DNA from: a virus
DNA: 64,000 nt
Virus record (IMG/VR): IMGVR_UViG_3300012931_000018
Location: 1-64,000 of that record
Reading direction: 5' to 3' (one strand)
A model generated the notes under the pieces. That model had not been told where the DNA came from, did no database searches, and saw only the letters and a list, made by a program, of their open reading frames with translations. Positions 1-10,241 of this stretch are shown in pieces. Positions within the stretch are counted from its first letter, which is position 1, and every line of letters starts with the position of its first letter. Made by a program: the position numbers and the translations under genes.

Positions 1-2
1 AA

Positions 3-128
3 AAAATCAAAGAAAAAATAGAAGATGATGATAAATTATATTTTAATCATATTGAACAACTTCAAAAAAAGCATAAAGATTTTATTTCAAAAGAATGTAT
101 AATTGAAAAGGTAAGTAATGCTGAATAA
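3..128 (+). CDS. 3' end of a truncated upstream hypothetical gene
   Basis: Open frame KIKEKIEDDDK...VSNAE from the window edge to TAA at 126-128. Confidence 0.6.
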   Translation, partial: KIKEKIEDDDKLYFNHIEQLQKKHKDFISKECIIEKVSNAE

Positions 129-202
129 TACCCTTCTAAATCCCCATTTTAACGAACATAGATGTGTTTTTAAGCCTACTTAACCCCTAAATAGAGTAAA
201 AG
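127..202. repeat. 76-bp dispersed intergenic repeat, copy 1
   Basis: Matches 17849-17924 at 74/76 positions. Confidence 0.95.
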
Positions 203-230
203 TTAATAACTAATTAAATGAGGTATAATT

Positions 231-452
231 ATGATAGTTGAATTTGAATTTAGAGATAGATGTATTGCTGCTAATTATTATCATTATTATCAAAAAGATG
301 ATGATGTTTGTGTTAAATTGTATGGTTGTGAAAAAGTATGGTTTGATAATGGGAGATTATGTATTCAAACACAATATAGTACATTTAATTATAATACTTC
401 TGACATAATTAGTAGTTCATTGAAAATAAAAAGAGATATAAATGTCAAATAA
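231..452 (+). CDS. hypothetical protein
   Basis: GAGGT SD; overlaps the start of dnaE. Confidence 0.65.
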   Translation: MIVEFEFRDRCIAANYYHYYQKDDDVCVKLYGCEKVWFDNGRLCIQTQYSTFNYNTSDIISSSLKIKRDINVK

Positions 453-3400
453 AATAGTTGATTTTGTTCATTTGCATTGTCATAGTGAATTTAGTACACT
501 TGATGGATTGCCTAAAGTTGAAGATTATATAATTAAATCAGTTGAATTAGGTTTTCCGGCTTTAGCATTAACTGAACATGGTAATTTAAGATCAATGGTT
601 CAATTAATTCAAAAGTGTAATAGCAATTTTATGTATGGTGGTGTTAAATATGATTTTGAACCAATTAAACCTATAATTGGTTGTGAATTTTATTTGTCAC
701 CAAATGATTATAAAATAAAAGGTTTACCTGATAATATCAAAAATAAAATAAAAGAAAAATCAGAATCAACTAAACAATTAAAAGAGCTAACTAAAAAATA
801 TGAATTGAAATATGCTATTAAAAAAAGATGGCATATGTTGATGTTTGCAAAAAATACAATCGGATTAAATAATATTTTGACTATGAATTATTTATCTTGG
901 AAATATGGATTTTATTATAGACCCAGAATAGATATGAATTTAGTTAAAAAATATAGTGAAGGAATAATAGCAACAACTTCATGTATTGGTGGAATGATAC
1001 CGGATTTAATATTGAATGATAAAAAAGATGATGCTTATTTAAAAATGAAGGAAATGAAAAAAATATTCAAGGATGATTTTTATGTAGAAGTTCAACCACA
1101 TAATATAGATGAACAAAAAACGGTTAATAAAGTTATTGTTGACATGGCTAATGATTTGAAAGTAAAAGTAATTGCCACTAACGATTGTCATTATTTGAAT
1201 AAAGGTGATGATTCAGCACATAATATGTTATTGGATATAAATAGCAGAGCAAGTAAATCTACACCAACTGGTGATAGATGGCGTTTTGGAGATACGGAAT
1301 TCTATATGAAAAGTAAAGATGAAATGGCAGCTTCATTTTTATCTAATCATTCATTTTTTAGTAAAAAGGAAATAAATAATTTTTTAGAAAATACAGTTGA
1401 AATTTCAGATAAAGTAGATTTGAAAATTGTTTTATCTAAAAAGAAAGGGATTTTACCTAATGTCACTGTCCCTGATGGTTATGAAAATGAAAATAAGTAT
1501 TTAATTAAATTAGCTAAGGATGGATGGAAGTGGCGAAATATAAATTTAAGAGCAAAAGAATATGCTAACCATTTTAATCTTGAATACAGTGAAGCGAGAA
1601 AAATATATAAAGATAGAATGATATTGGAATTGAAAAGAATATTTAAGATGAAATACACTAAAGTGTTTTTAATAATTCAAGATATGATTAACTGGGCAAG
1701 AAGAAATGATATTTATGTTGGTGCTGGTCGTGGAAGTAGTGCTGCCAGTTTAATATGTTATTTAACAGGTATAACAAGCATTGACCCTTTAAGATATGAT
1801 TTGATGTTTGATAGATTTTTGCATGAAAAAAGAATAGATTATCCGGATGTTGATATGGATTTTCAAGATGATAGGCGAAAAGAAATATTTGGATATTTAT
1901 TTAAAAAATATGGTGCTAATTATACGGCTATGATAGGAACTATTGGAAGGATGAAAGGTAAGCAAGCAATACAGGATGTAAGCCGTGTATTAGGGATTCC
2001 TTCTTATGAAGTTAATGCTGTTACAAAGCATTTAATTATAAGAGGTGGTGGTGATGCAAGATCAAGTCAAACTGTAGAAGATAGTTTTAATGAATTTGAA
2101 GTAAGTAAACAGTTTAATAAAAAATATCCTGAAGTATTGCCATATGTAAAAAAATTAGAAGCCAAAGCCAGACAAGTAGGAATTCATGCAGCGGGAATAG
2201 TTTTATCACCTTTTGTACTATATAAAAATATTCCTATTGAATTTAGAAAATCACCTGGGTTTGAAAAACCTGTACCAGTTACAGCTATTGATGCCAGAGA
2301 TATAGAGAATTATGGATTAATAAAATTTGATTTACTTGGATTATCTGAATTGACTATATTCAAATATGCATTAGCAGAAATAAAGAAAAGATATGGAAAA
2401 GAAATAGATTTAGAGGCAATAAATCTTGAAGATAAAAATGTTTTAAATAATTTTACGAAAGGGAATTTTGCTGGAATATTTCAATTCGATTCCATAGGTA
2501 TGAAAAAGACTTGTGAAAAAATGAGATTTGATTCGTTCGATGACATTATAGTTTTAAATGCTCTTTACAGACCTGGATGCATAATGGAAGGAACTAAAAT
2601 AACAGTTGAAATGGATAATCATAATAGAAGAACATTTTATGAAATAGGTGAATTATATAATAAGTGGATTAATGCTCCATTATGCACAAAAAATGTTAAA
2701 AGAAATTTTAATATTGTTTCATATGATGAAAATAAAAATATCCATATCAATAATAAAATAGTTGATATTGTTAAGTCTGGAAAGAAAGAATGTTTTGAAA
2801 TTATTCTTCAATCTTATGGTGAAGGAAAAGGAATAATTAGGAATAAATGGATTGGTAAATCAGGGTTCAGTAAGAAACATAAAATATTGACATTGGATGC
2901 TGGGTGGAAAAATGTAAAAGATTTACAGTATGGTGATTATGTATTATATAGGTTCCAAAATACTGTTGCTAAAGGTAGAATAAATACAGCTAATAAAAAA
3001 AGAGATAATAAATTTGTAAGAAAAACACCATATAAATCCATTGCTTTATTTTATTATAAAAGTAAATGTGCAATTTGTGGATATGATAAAAAAAATATTT
3101 CTTTAGATTGTCATCATATGGATAATAATCAACAGAATAATGATTATAAAAATTTGATAATATTGTGCCCAAATTGCCATAGAGAGGTGCAAAACAATTT
3201 ATATGATTTTGATTTTTTAGAAAAGAAAAGAAAAGAATCAAGATTGCCTAATTCATATAAAAATAAATTTAGATGGAGCAAAGTTGTTGAAATAAAATCT
3301 TTAGGTGTTCATGAAACTTATGATATTGAAATGACTTCACCTTATAATAATTTTGTTGCTGGTGGATTAGTTGTTCACAATTCAATGCGTTCAGGTATGG

Positions 3401-5121
3401 CAAAGCATTATATTGATAGAAAAATGGGCAGAGAAAAAGTTACTAAACGATATCCATTATATGATGAGATAACTGAAAAGACGTATGGAATTGTAGTCTA
3501 TCAAGAACAGCTGATGCAAGTATTTATGAAAGTTGCTGGATATCAACCTTCGAAAGCGGATATTGTTAGAGTTAAAGTTGCAAAAAGTTCCGGTGTTGAA
3601 AGTATATGGCGTGAGAAAGAAGATTTTATGAATGGCGCTAAAAAAAATAATGTACCTGAAAAAATAGCAAATCAATTATTTAAGGATATGTCATTTTTTG
3701 GTAGTTATACTTTTAATAAAGCTCATGCTGCTGCATATTCTGTTAATAGTTATATTGGTATGTGGTTAAAAACTTATTATCCAACTGAATTTTTTTATGC
3801 AATGCTTAGGAAAGAAAATAAAAATGAAAGAATAAGGGAATTTATTATTGAAGCTAAATTAATTGGGATAAGTATAAAGATGCCTGATATAAATTTAAGT
3901 AATGAACAATTTTCTATTATATCTGAAAAAAATATTTCAGTTGGATTAACTGATGTAAAAGGTGTTGGATTAAAAGCAGCAAAAATAATTTCAGATAATA
4001 AACCTTATACAAGTTTATATAATTTTATAAATAAAGTTGATAGAAGGATTGTGAATAAAAGAGTGATTAACTCTTTGATTGTAGTTGGTGCATTTAAAAA
4101 TATTTATAGTCATACAGCAGCATTATTAAAAGAAGTTTCAATCCAACGGATTAAAAGAGATGGTAGTGAATTAAAAATTACTAAAAAAACATGGGAATGG
4201 ATGATTGAAGAAAAGACTGAATTTAATTCAGAATTATTTTATAAAACAGTTCGAAAAGAAACAATTCCATTTACTATTGATGAAGAACAAAGATTGATGG
4301 CAAAGGTTTCACCACTTCCACCGGATAAGCATGAAATTGAATATTATAAATATTTGGATAAGTATGTTGATAAGTGTTATAAAATTACAGACATAAATAA
4401 AATAAATTATGATGAAAAGAAATTTATTTTAAGAGGGATAATTGTTGATATTAAATATAATCAGATAGGTGATTTTTTCAAAGAACTTCCACCAGATGAA
4501 ACAAAAGAAAGAATTGGTTGGGGCAAAAGATATGTTTCTATAAATATAGATGATGGAACTGGAATAAAAAGAATGAAAGTTGATATTGATACATTTTCTA
4601 CTTTTAGATATATAATAGATAAAGGAATTGGAACACCAGTAATGGTAGCAGTTAGAAGTTTTTCGAAGTTCGAAGCATTGTTTGTTGATAATATGATAGA
4701 CTTGAATGAATTATCATCTATTATTGATTTAAAATCTATTACAATAAAAGAATCTTTTAAAAAGTTAAATAAGTTTCAAAGATATTTTATTCAGCACCCT
4801 ATAAAAAAATATAAAGAGTGTAGAACTAAAGTTGATAAAATAATCGATAAAAAGAATGGTATATTTGAAACCGTATGTTTGATATCAAAAGTAAAACATC
4901 ATTGGACTAATAAAGATGATAAAGAAATGATGTTTATAGATTTAGAAGATGAAACGGGGAATATGGATGTTGTTATATGGAATGATGTATTGATGAAAAA
5001 TAGAAAAAAGCTACAACAAGGTAATATTGTAAAAGTAAATTTGATTAAAAAAGGAAAAAGTATTTTTATCAAAGAAAAAAGTGAAATTATTTTATTAGAA
5101 CAACGATTAAAATATTTATAA
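442..5121 (+). CDS. dnaE: DNA polymerase III alpha subunit (family C, DnaE type), intein-containing
   Basis: PHP motif HLHCHSEFSTLDG; GRGSSAASL; catalytic PDVDMDF; HAAG; KFDLLGL; YGIVVYQEQ; FNKAHAAAY; C-terminal OB fold (DLEDETG). Confidence 0.97.
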   Translation: MSNKIVDFVHLHCHSEFSTLDGLPKVEDYIIKSVELGFPALALTEHGNLRSMVQLIQKCNSNFMYGGVKYDFEPIKPIIGCEFYLSPNDYKIKGLPDNIKNKIKEKSESTKQLKELTKKYELKYAIKKRWHMLMFAKNTIGLNNILTMNYLSWKYGFYYRPRIDMNLVKKYSEGIIATTSCIGGMIPDLILNDKKDDAYLKMKEMKKIFKDDFYVEVQPHNIDEQKTVNKVIVDMANDLKVKVIATNDCHYLNKGDDSAHNMLLDINSRASKSTPTGDRWRFGDTEFYMKSKDEMAASFLSNHSFFSKKEINNFLENTVEISDKVDLKIVLSKKKGILPNVTVPDGYENENKYLIKLAKDGWKWRNINLRAKEYANHFNLEYSEARKIYKDRMILELKRIFKMKYTKVFLIIQDMINWARRNDIYVGAGRGSSAASLICYLTGITSIDPLRYDLMFDRFLHEKRIDYPDVDMDFQDDRRKEIFGYLFKKYGANYTAMIGTIGRMKGKQAIQDVSRVLGIPSYEVNAVTKHLIIRGGGDARSSQTVEDSFNEFEVSKQFNKKYPEVLPYVKKLEAKARQVGIHAAGIVLSPFVLYKNIPIEFRKSPGFEKPVPVTAIDARDIENYGLIKFDLLGLSELTIFKYALAEIKKRYGKEIDLEAINLEDKNVLNNFTKGNFAGIFQFDSIGMKKTCEKMRFDSFDDIIVLNALYRPGCIMEGTKITVEMDNHNRRTFYEIGELYNKWINAPLCTKNVKRNFNIVSYDENKNIHINNKIVDIVKSGKKECFEIILQSYGEGKGIIRNKWIGKSGFSKKHKILTLDAGWKNVKDLQYGDYVLYRFQNTVAKGRINTANKKRDNKFVRKTPYKSIALFYYKSKCAICGYDKKNISLDCHHMDNNQQNNDYKNLIILCPNCHREVQNNLYDFDFLEKKRKESRLPNSYKNKFRWSKVVEIKSLGVHETYDIEMTSPYNNFVAGGLVVHNSMRSGMAKHYIDRKMGREKVTKRYPLYDEITEKTYGIVVYQEQLMQVFMKVAGYQPSKADIVRVKVAKSSGVESIWREKEDFMNGAKKNNVPEKIANQLFKDMSFFGSYTFNKAHAAAYSVNSYIGMWLKTYYPTEFFYAMLRKENKNERIREFIIEAKLIGISIKMPDINLSNEQFSIISEKNISVGLTDVKGVGLKAAKIISDNKPYTSLYNFINKVDRRIVNKRVINSLIVVGAFKNIYSHTAALLKEVSIQRIKRDGSELKITKKTWEWMIEEKTEFNSELFYKTVRKETIPFTIDEEQRLMAKVSPLPPDKHEIEYYKYLDKYVDKCYKITDINKINYDEKKFILRGIIVDIKYNQIGDFFKELPPDETKERIGWGKRYVSINIDDGTGIKRMKVDIDTFSTFRYIIDKGIGTPVMVAVRSFSKFEALFVDNMIDLNELSSIIDLKSITIKESFKKLNKFQRYFIQHPIKKYKECRTKVDKIIDKKNGIFETVCLISKVKHHWTNKDDKEMMFIDLEDETGNMDVVIWNDVLMKNRKKLQQGNIVKVNLIKKGKSIFIKEKSEIILLEQRLKYL
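2578..3381 (+). mobile_element. 268-aa intein with an HNH homing endonuclease, inside DnaE
   Basis: Interrupts LYRPG|SM; starts CIMEGTKI; ends TYDIEM...NFVAGGLVVHN followed by Ser; internal CAICG...DCHH...NN...NLIILCPNCH. Confidence 0.93.
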
Positions 5122-5123
5122 AT

Positions 5124-5134
5124 TTTGTATATTA
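5124..5134 (+). promoter_or_regulatory. candidate promoter motif TTTGTATATTA
   Basis: Identical 11-mer in three intergenic gaps (5124, 19726, 23909), each shortly upstream of an SD and ATG. Confidence 0.45.
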
Positions 5135-5154
5135 ATTAAAGGGAATAATATTGT

Positions 5155-5715
5155 ATGGAAAAAAGAGATTTTGAAGATTTAATACAAAAGAAAATATCTG
5201 ATGCTGAAAAGTTTTTAATAGTTGAATTGAATCCTAATGATCCTATGCTTGCTGATCAAATTACTTTAGGGGATGATTGGGATAATCCATTTAAATTAGC
5301 TAAGGCATTAGATAAACATTCTGCATATTATGCAAGATGGGCAACATTGTTAAAGACTTTAAAACAAAAAAGGCAAAGATTAACTGAAAGAAAAAATGTT
5401 TGGGAATCTAAGATTAAGAAGGATATTGAGAACCAAATATTTAAAGAGAATAAAGTAAAAGGAATGACTGCTAATAATGCTAAGCCATCAAGCGTATCTG
5501 TTGAATATAGATTCAATAGTATATACAATGCTAAGAATGAAGATTATGTCAAATATAATAAATCTATAATTAATATCGAAAGGCAAATAGATATTGTTGA
5601 AGTAGTAGTCAAAGCATTTGAACAAAGAAAAGATATGCTTGTTAGTATGGGTCATCTTGTTAGGACTATGATTGAAAAGGATTTACTTGTTTGTAAAAAA
5701 TTGATTAAAAAATAA
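5155..5715 (+). CDS. UvsY-like recombination mediator
   Basis: Helical protein with AYYARW...AFEQRKDML pattern; lies between polymerase and SSB/RecA. Confidence 0.6.
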   Translation: MEKRDFEDLIQKKISDAEKFLIVELNPNDPMLADQITLGDDWDNPFKLAKALDKHSAYYARWATLLKTLKQKRQRLTERKNVWESKIKKDIENQIFKENKVKGMTANNAKPSSVSVEYRFNSIYNAKNEDYVKYNKSIINIERQIDIVEVVVKAFEQRKDMLVSMGHLVRTMIEKDLLVCKKLIKK

Positions 5716-5723
5716 TTTGGTTA

Positions 5724-5960
5724 ATGATTATGAAGCTGCATATTTTTCTTGTTAAATTGAAAACTAAACAAATTGAATTATTGATGAAAAAGAATATTGA
5801 TGATTTTAAAAGAAAAAAGTTTATTTATAATAATTCAAAGTTCTATTCAGTTTATAATACTAAAAATGATTATTGGCATGTTTTAATTTTTTCACCTTCT
5901 ATTTCTGAAAAAATTAATATAATTGAATCATTAAATAAAATTGAGGTGCTTGATGATTAG
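5724..5960 (+). CDS. hypothetical protein
   Basis: 78-aa ORF in operon orientation. Confidence 0.5.
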   Translation: MIMKLHIFLVKLKTKQIELLMKKNIDDFKRKKFIYNNSKFYSVYNTKNDYWHVLIFSPSISEKINIIESLNKIEVLDD

Positions 5961-6044
5961 GGATTCATAGATAAAAATGTAAAAAATGATTTATATTGTT
6001 TATATAACTTTGTAATTAAATTGATAATAAAAAATGGAGTAAAA

Positions 6045-7274
6045 ATGTCATCTAAAGAAAAAGATATTAATAAAAAGTATGCCGATGCAGCTAAACGTGC
6101 TTCAAGTGGTGATTTTGATGATGCAATAAAACTTGAACAAGGTGAAAATGTAATAAGGATTATTGACCTTGATTTTCAAGAACAATTTGTTGGATGGTTA
6201 ACCGATACAGAAGGAAAGAAAAGAAAAATTCAACTTGGTGTAGATAAAAAAGTAATATTTGAAAAATATCCAATGCTTGAAGATGCTGATGAATTAAAAA
6301 TAAAACATAATTATTATTTCAAAGCCGTTGAAGGGAAAATAATTAAAAAGAAACTCAAAGAAATTGATCCAAAAACTAAAAAGAATAAAATTAAAATTTC
6401 AGTTGAACTTTCTAATGAAGTAAAAGTATTTGAATGTGGATCTACAATATTCAAACAGATAGCGTCTTTACAGCAGGATGATGAATATGGTGACATTACA
6501 GCAATTAATCTTAAAATAAAAAGAAGCGGTGAAGGATTGCTTACTGAATATGAAGTTAATCCTATGCGTGTAACAACAGAATTACCGGATGATTTGGAAG
6601 ATAGTATTGATTTATCAAAATATGCTATTCCTACTCCAATTAAAATAGTTGCTGAAATTGTTGGGGCTGAATTAAATGAAGAAAAATCTTCCAATAAAAA
6701 ATCTTCTAAAAAGGATGAAGAAAAATCTTCCAATAAAAAATCTAAGAAGGATGATGATGAAGATGAAGAATTAGAAGATGATGAAGAATTAGAAGATGAT
6801 GACGATGAAGATGAAAAACCTTCTAAGAAATCTTCTAAAAAATCTTCTAAAAAGGATGACGATGATGACGATGAAGAATTAGAAGATGATGAAGAATTAG
6901 AAGATGATGAAGAATTAGAAGATGATGACGATGAAGATGAAGATGAAAAACCTTCTAAGAAATCTTCTAAAAAATCTTCCAATAAAAAATCTAAGAAGGA
7001 CGATGATGACGATGAAGAATTAGAAGATGATGAAGAATTAGAAGATGATGAAGAATTAGAAGATGATGACGATGAGGATGAAAAACCTTCTAAGAAATCT
7101 TCTAAAAAATCTTCTAAAAAGGATGACGATGATGACGATGATGAAGATGAAGAATTAGATGATGAAGATGAAGAATTAGATGATGAAGAATTAGATGATG
7201 ATGACGATGAAGATGAAAAACCTTCTAAGAAATCTTCTAAAAAATCTTCCAATAAAAAATCTAAAAAGAAATAA
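6045..7274 (+). CDS. single-stranded DNA-binding protein (gp32-like) with a long acidic/basic repeat tail
   Basis: IKLEQGENVIRII...VKVFECGSTIFKQI...LKIKRSGEGLLTEYEV; acidic C-terminus; upstream of recA; GGAG SD before ATG 6045. Confidence 0.75.
   Translation: MSSKEKDINKKYADAAKRASSGDFDDAIKLEQGENVIRIIDLDFQEQFVGWLTDTEGKKRKIQLGVDKKVIFEKYPMLEDADELKIKHNYYFKAVEGKIIKKKLKEIDPKTKKNKIKISVELSNEVKVFECGSTIFKQIASLQQDDEYGDITAINLKIKRSGEGLLTEYEVNPMRVTTELPDDLEDSIDLSKYAIPTPIKIVAEIVGAELNEEKSSNKKSSKKDEEKSSNKKSKKDDDEDEELEDDEELEDDDDEDEKPSKKSSKKSSKKDDDDDDEELEDDEELEDDEELEDDDDEDEDEKPSKKSSKKSSNKKSKKDDDDDEELEDDEELEDDEELEDDDDEDEKPSKKSSKKSSKKDDDDDDDEDEELDDEDEELDDEELDDDDDEDEKPSKKSSKKSSNKKSKKK
6678..7271 (+). repeat. coding tandem repeats (GATGAAGAATTAGAAGAT and AAAAAATCTTCT units)
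   Basis: Alternating DEELED and KPSKKSSKK blocks. Confidence 0.95.
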
Positions 7275-7294
7275 ACTAATTTATTAATTTGCTT

Positions 7295-7329
7295 AAACAG
7301 GTGGATATTTTTAATCCACCTGTTTTATT
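7295..7329 (+). terminator. intrinsic terminator
   Basis: AAACAGGTGGAT/ATCCACCTGTTT stem with a T-rich tail. Confidence 0.8.
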
Positions 7330-7434
7330 AATTATGAGATTAGTTAATAAAATTTTTATAATCTAAAAGTTATTGCTTGAATTTGAATAATGAATAAATT
7401 TTATATCTTAAATTAAACATAGCAAGGTTAAATT

Positions 7435-8424
7435 ATGAAAAAAGGAACTGATGATAATTTGCAAGATGTTCTTAATCAAATTGATAAATTATATGGTACT
7501 GGAGCATTATTCAAATATGGTGAAGGAATAAAATTGAAAAATGTTTCTGTGATTTCATTTGGTAGTGTTAAAATAAATTTGGCATCAGGAATTGGTGGTG
7601 CACCTAAAGGTAGGATTATTGAAGTATATGGTGCTGAAAGTTCAGGGAAAACAACTTTATGTTTACATTTAATAGCAGAAGCCCAGAAAAAAGGTGGTAA
7701 AGCTGCATTTGTTGATGCTGAGCATGCACTTGATCCTATATATGCAACAAATATTGGCGTTAATATGAAAGAGTTATATTTGAGTCAACCGGATTGTGGT
7801 GAACAAGCATTAGATATAACTGAGAAATTAACAAGAACAGGTAAATTTGATATTATAGTAATTGATTCTGTTGCTGCTTTAGTACCAAGATCAGAAATTG
7901 AAGGTGATATGGGCGATGCTCAAATGGGTAATCAAGCAAGACTTATGTCGCAAGCAATGAGGAAACTTACATCAGTAGTTTCTAAATCAGGAACATGTCT
8001 TGTATTTATAAATCAAACAAGAATGAAAATTGGAGTTATGTTTGGAAATCCTGAAACTACAACTGGCGGAAATGCTTTGAAGTTTTATGCTTCACAAAGA
8101 ATTAAAATACAAACTATTGGTATTAATAAAGATGTTAAAGGTAATGTTATTGCTAATAAATCAAAAATCAAATTTGTAAAAAATAAACTTGCTTCACCTT
8201 TTAAGGAATGTGAAATTGAAATTAGGTTTGGAATGGGTATAGATAAATATGGTGAAATTCTTGATCTTGCAATTGAATCAGGTATTATTAAAAAAACTGG
8301 TGGTTGGTTTACATTTAGAGATGATAGATGGCAGGGCAGAGAACAAATGATGGATTTTATTTCTAAACATCCAAAACATTTTAATTATCTTAAAAAGAAA
8401 ATAACTGGTGAAAGTGATGAATAA
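7435..8424 (+). CDS. recA: RecA recombinase
   Basis: GAESSGKTT Walker A; DAEHALD; DSVAALVP; QARLMSQAMRKL; PETTTGGNALKFYAS. Confidence 0.98.
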   Translation: MKKGTDDNLQDVLNQIDKLYGTGALFKYGEGIKLKNVSVISFGSVKINLASGIGGAPKGRIIEVYGAESSGKTTLCLHLIAEAQKKGGKAAFVDAEHALDPIYATNIGVNMKELYLSQPDCGEQALDITEKLTRTGKFDIIVIDSVAALVPRSEIEGDMGDAQMGNQARLMSQAMRKLTSVVSKSGTCLVFINQTRMKIGVMFGNPETTTGGNALKFYASQRIKIQTIGINKDVKGNVIANKSKIKFVKNKLASPFKECEIEIRFGMGIDKYGEILDLAIESGIIKKTGGWFTFRDDRWQGREQMMDFISKHPKHFNYLKKKITGESDE

Positions 8425-8692
8425 TAATGCTATTAGTAATTATGAAAATAATACTAAAGTTTATCTTTATCAAAAGGTCGGTAAATTTGATAAGGGTATT
8501 GAAAGAAATTTTATAGGCGAAGGATACATTCATTCGCCTTTAGATGAAAAAATAATTATAGTCACACATCGTACAGATAAATGGGTATATGGGAATGAAG
8601 ATTTATTGACACAAGAAAGAATCAATATTAGAGAAATAAAAATATCTGATAAAGAATTGGAGAAAGATGAAAATGGCAGTCCAATATTTTAG
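8408..8692 (+). CDS. hypothetical protein
   Basis: Overlaps both neighbours, as expected for a translationally coupled gene. Confidence 0.6.
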   Translation: MKVMNNNAISNYENNTKVYLYQKVGKFDKGIERNFIGEGYIHSPLDEKIIIVTHRTDKWVYGNEDLLTQERINIREIKISDKELEKDENGSPIF

Positions 8693-9848
8693 ATTTATAC
8701 ATACAGCAGATTGGCATTTTTGGGATAAGCATAAATATAGTGTTAATGGTTCAAGGCTTAAACAATTATTCGGAAATGCTTTAAGAATTGTACAGTTTGC
8801 TATTAAAAATAAAGTTGATGTTATTTTTATTTCCGGTGATTTGGTTCATGTATATAATCCAGATGAAAAAATATTAGTACATCTTACTAAAATATTTAAA
8901 ATAGCTATTAAAAATGGAATTAAGATTAGAATAATAAACGGTAATCATGATACGAATGGTTTATCACACAGTTTAGAGTCTATTCAAAATGTGGTTTCAT
9001 CTTATGATCAGGATATGATAAAGATTTTTACTTTTAAAAAAGATGGAAGACCTTGTGCTAATAAAGAATTTTTTACTAAACAAATTGGTGAAGGGATATC
9101 TAATATATTGCAAATATCAATAGCATATATACCATATCAAAAGGATATTGTTTCTGCAATTAAAACAGTTAACAAAACTGCTTGCTTTAATAATTTTGAT
9201 AAAAATATAATCGTTGCCCATGGTGGAATAAATGGAGCTTATACTTCAAGTGGTAAAAAATTGAAAACAAATATTACGCTTGATTTATTTGAAGATTGGG
9301 ATTATGGAGCACTTGGGGATTATCATAAGTGGCAAAAGTTATCTGATGGAATATATTACAGTGGTTCGATTATTAAGATAAATAGAAATGAAAAAAATGA
9401 TCAGAAGTCATTTAATTATGTAACCATTGAAAAAGAAGAACATAAAAAATCTATAATGAAAGTTGAAAGAATAAATTTACCGGATATCGAATTAATAGAT
9501 TTGAAGGTTAAATATGAAAAATTAAAAGATGATTATAAAAAGATATCTAAAATTGGAGATAAAAAAGTCAAAGATGCAATAATAAATATTTTTATTTATG
9601 GAGATATAGGAACTGGTGAAAAAATAGTTAAATTGAAAATAGCTTTATATGCTGGTGGAGCAGCAGAAGTTTATCCAAGATTTATTAATAATAATTTTTC
9701 AAGCATAAGAAATAGTAGTAAGAAAATGAAAAGTAAGATTAAATTAGCTTTAGATGCCGGTGATGCCTGTGTTAAATTTGCGGAATCTAAAAAGATGAAT
9801 CAACAATATATTGATTATGGATTAAATAAAATAAATTCAGTGAGGTAA
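8667..9848 (+). CDS. sbcD: SbcD/Mre11-like metallophosphoesterase nuclease
   Basis: HTADWH, SGDL, GNHD, AHG, ALGDYH, YSGS. Confidence 0.92.
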   Translation: MKMAVQYFRFIHTADWHFWDKHKYSVNGSRLKQLFGNALRIVQFAIKNKVDVIFISGDLVHVYNPDEKILVHLTKIFKIAIKNGIKIRIINGNHDTNGLSHSLESIQNVVSSYDQDMIKIFTFKKDGRPCANKEFFTKQIGEGISNILQISIAYIPYQKDIVSAIKTVNKTACFNNFDKNIIVAHGGINGAYTSSGKKLKTNITLDLFEDWDYGALGDYHKWQKLSDGIYYSGSIIKINRNEKNDQKSFNYVTIEKEEHKKSIMKVERINLPDIELIDLKVKYEKLKDDYKKISKIGDKKVKDAIINIFIYGDIGTGEKIVKLKIALYAGGAAEVYPRFINNNFSSIRNSSKKMKSKIKLALDAGDACVKFAESKKMNQQYIDYGLNKINSVR

Positions 9849-9851
9849 TAA

Positions 9852-10241
9852 ATGAGTAAATATTATGATGCTTGGAAATATTTGATATTATTAAAAAAGA
9901 AATATCCACAAATTGATTTAGATAAAGTTGAATTAAAAATTAAGTCAATTAGAAATTCAAAAGTAAAAATTGGAAATGCCACGGTTAATGTTGATATTAA
10001 AAATGCTCCAGGTAAATTAGATGTTACTGCAAAAATAAAAATAGAGAATTATTTAGATAGTGATGCTGAAAAAATATTATTGTTTAAAGGTATAAAAGTA
10101 AAAGGGAAATTTTCTGATTTGATAAGAATGAAATTTAATAAACGGATTTATTTTAATGTAAAAGATATTTTACTTGGTGATGTTTCTATTATTACTGGTG
10201 CTTATGGAATTCAATTAAAAAATTTTAGAGTTATCCAATGA
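9852..10241 (+). CDS. hypothetical protein
   Basis: GAGGT SD; ATGA overlap with sbcC. Confidence 0.7.
   Translation: MSKYYDAWKYLILLKKKYPQIDLDKVELKIKSIRNSKVKIGNATVNVDIKNAPGKLDVTAKIKIENYLDSDAEKILLFKGIKVKGKFSDLIRMKFNKRIYFNVKDILLGDVSIITGAYGIQLKNFRVIQ

Noticed and set aside
6314-7252. 312-aa minus-strand Ser-rich ORF
   Set aside because: Antisense shadow of the SSB repeat tail (GAT/GAA codons give no stops on the reverse strand). The same applies to 42383-42568 and 43015-43254.
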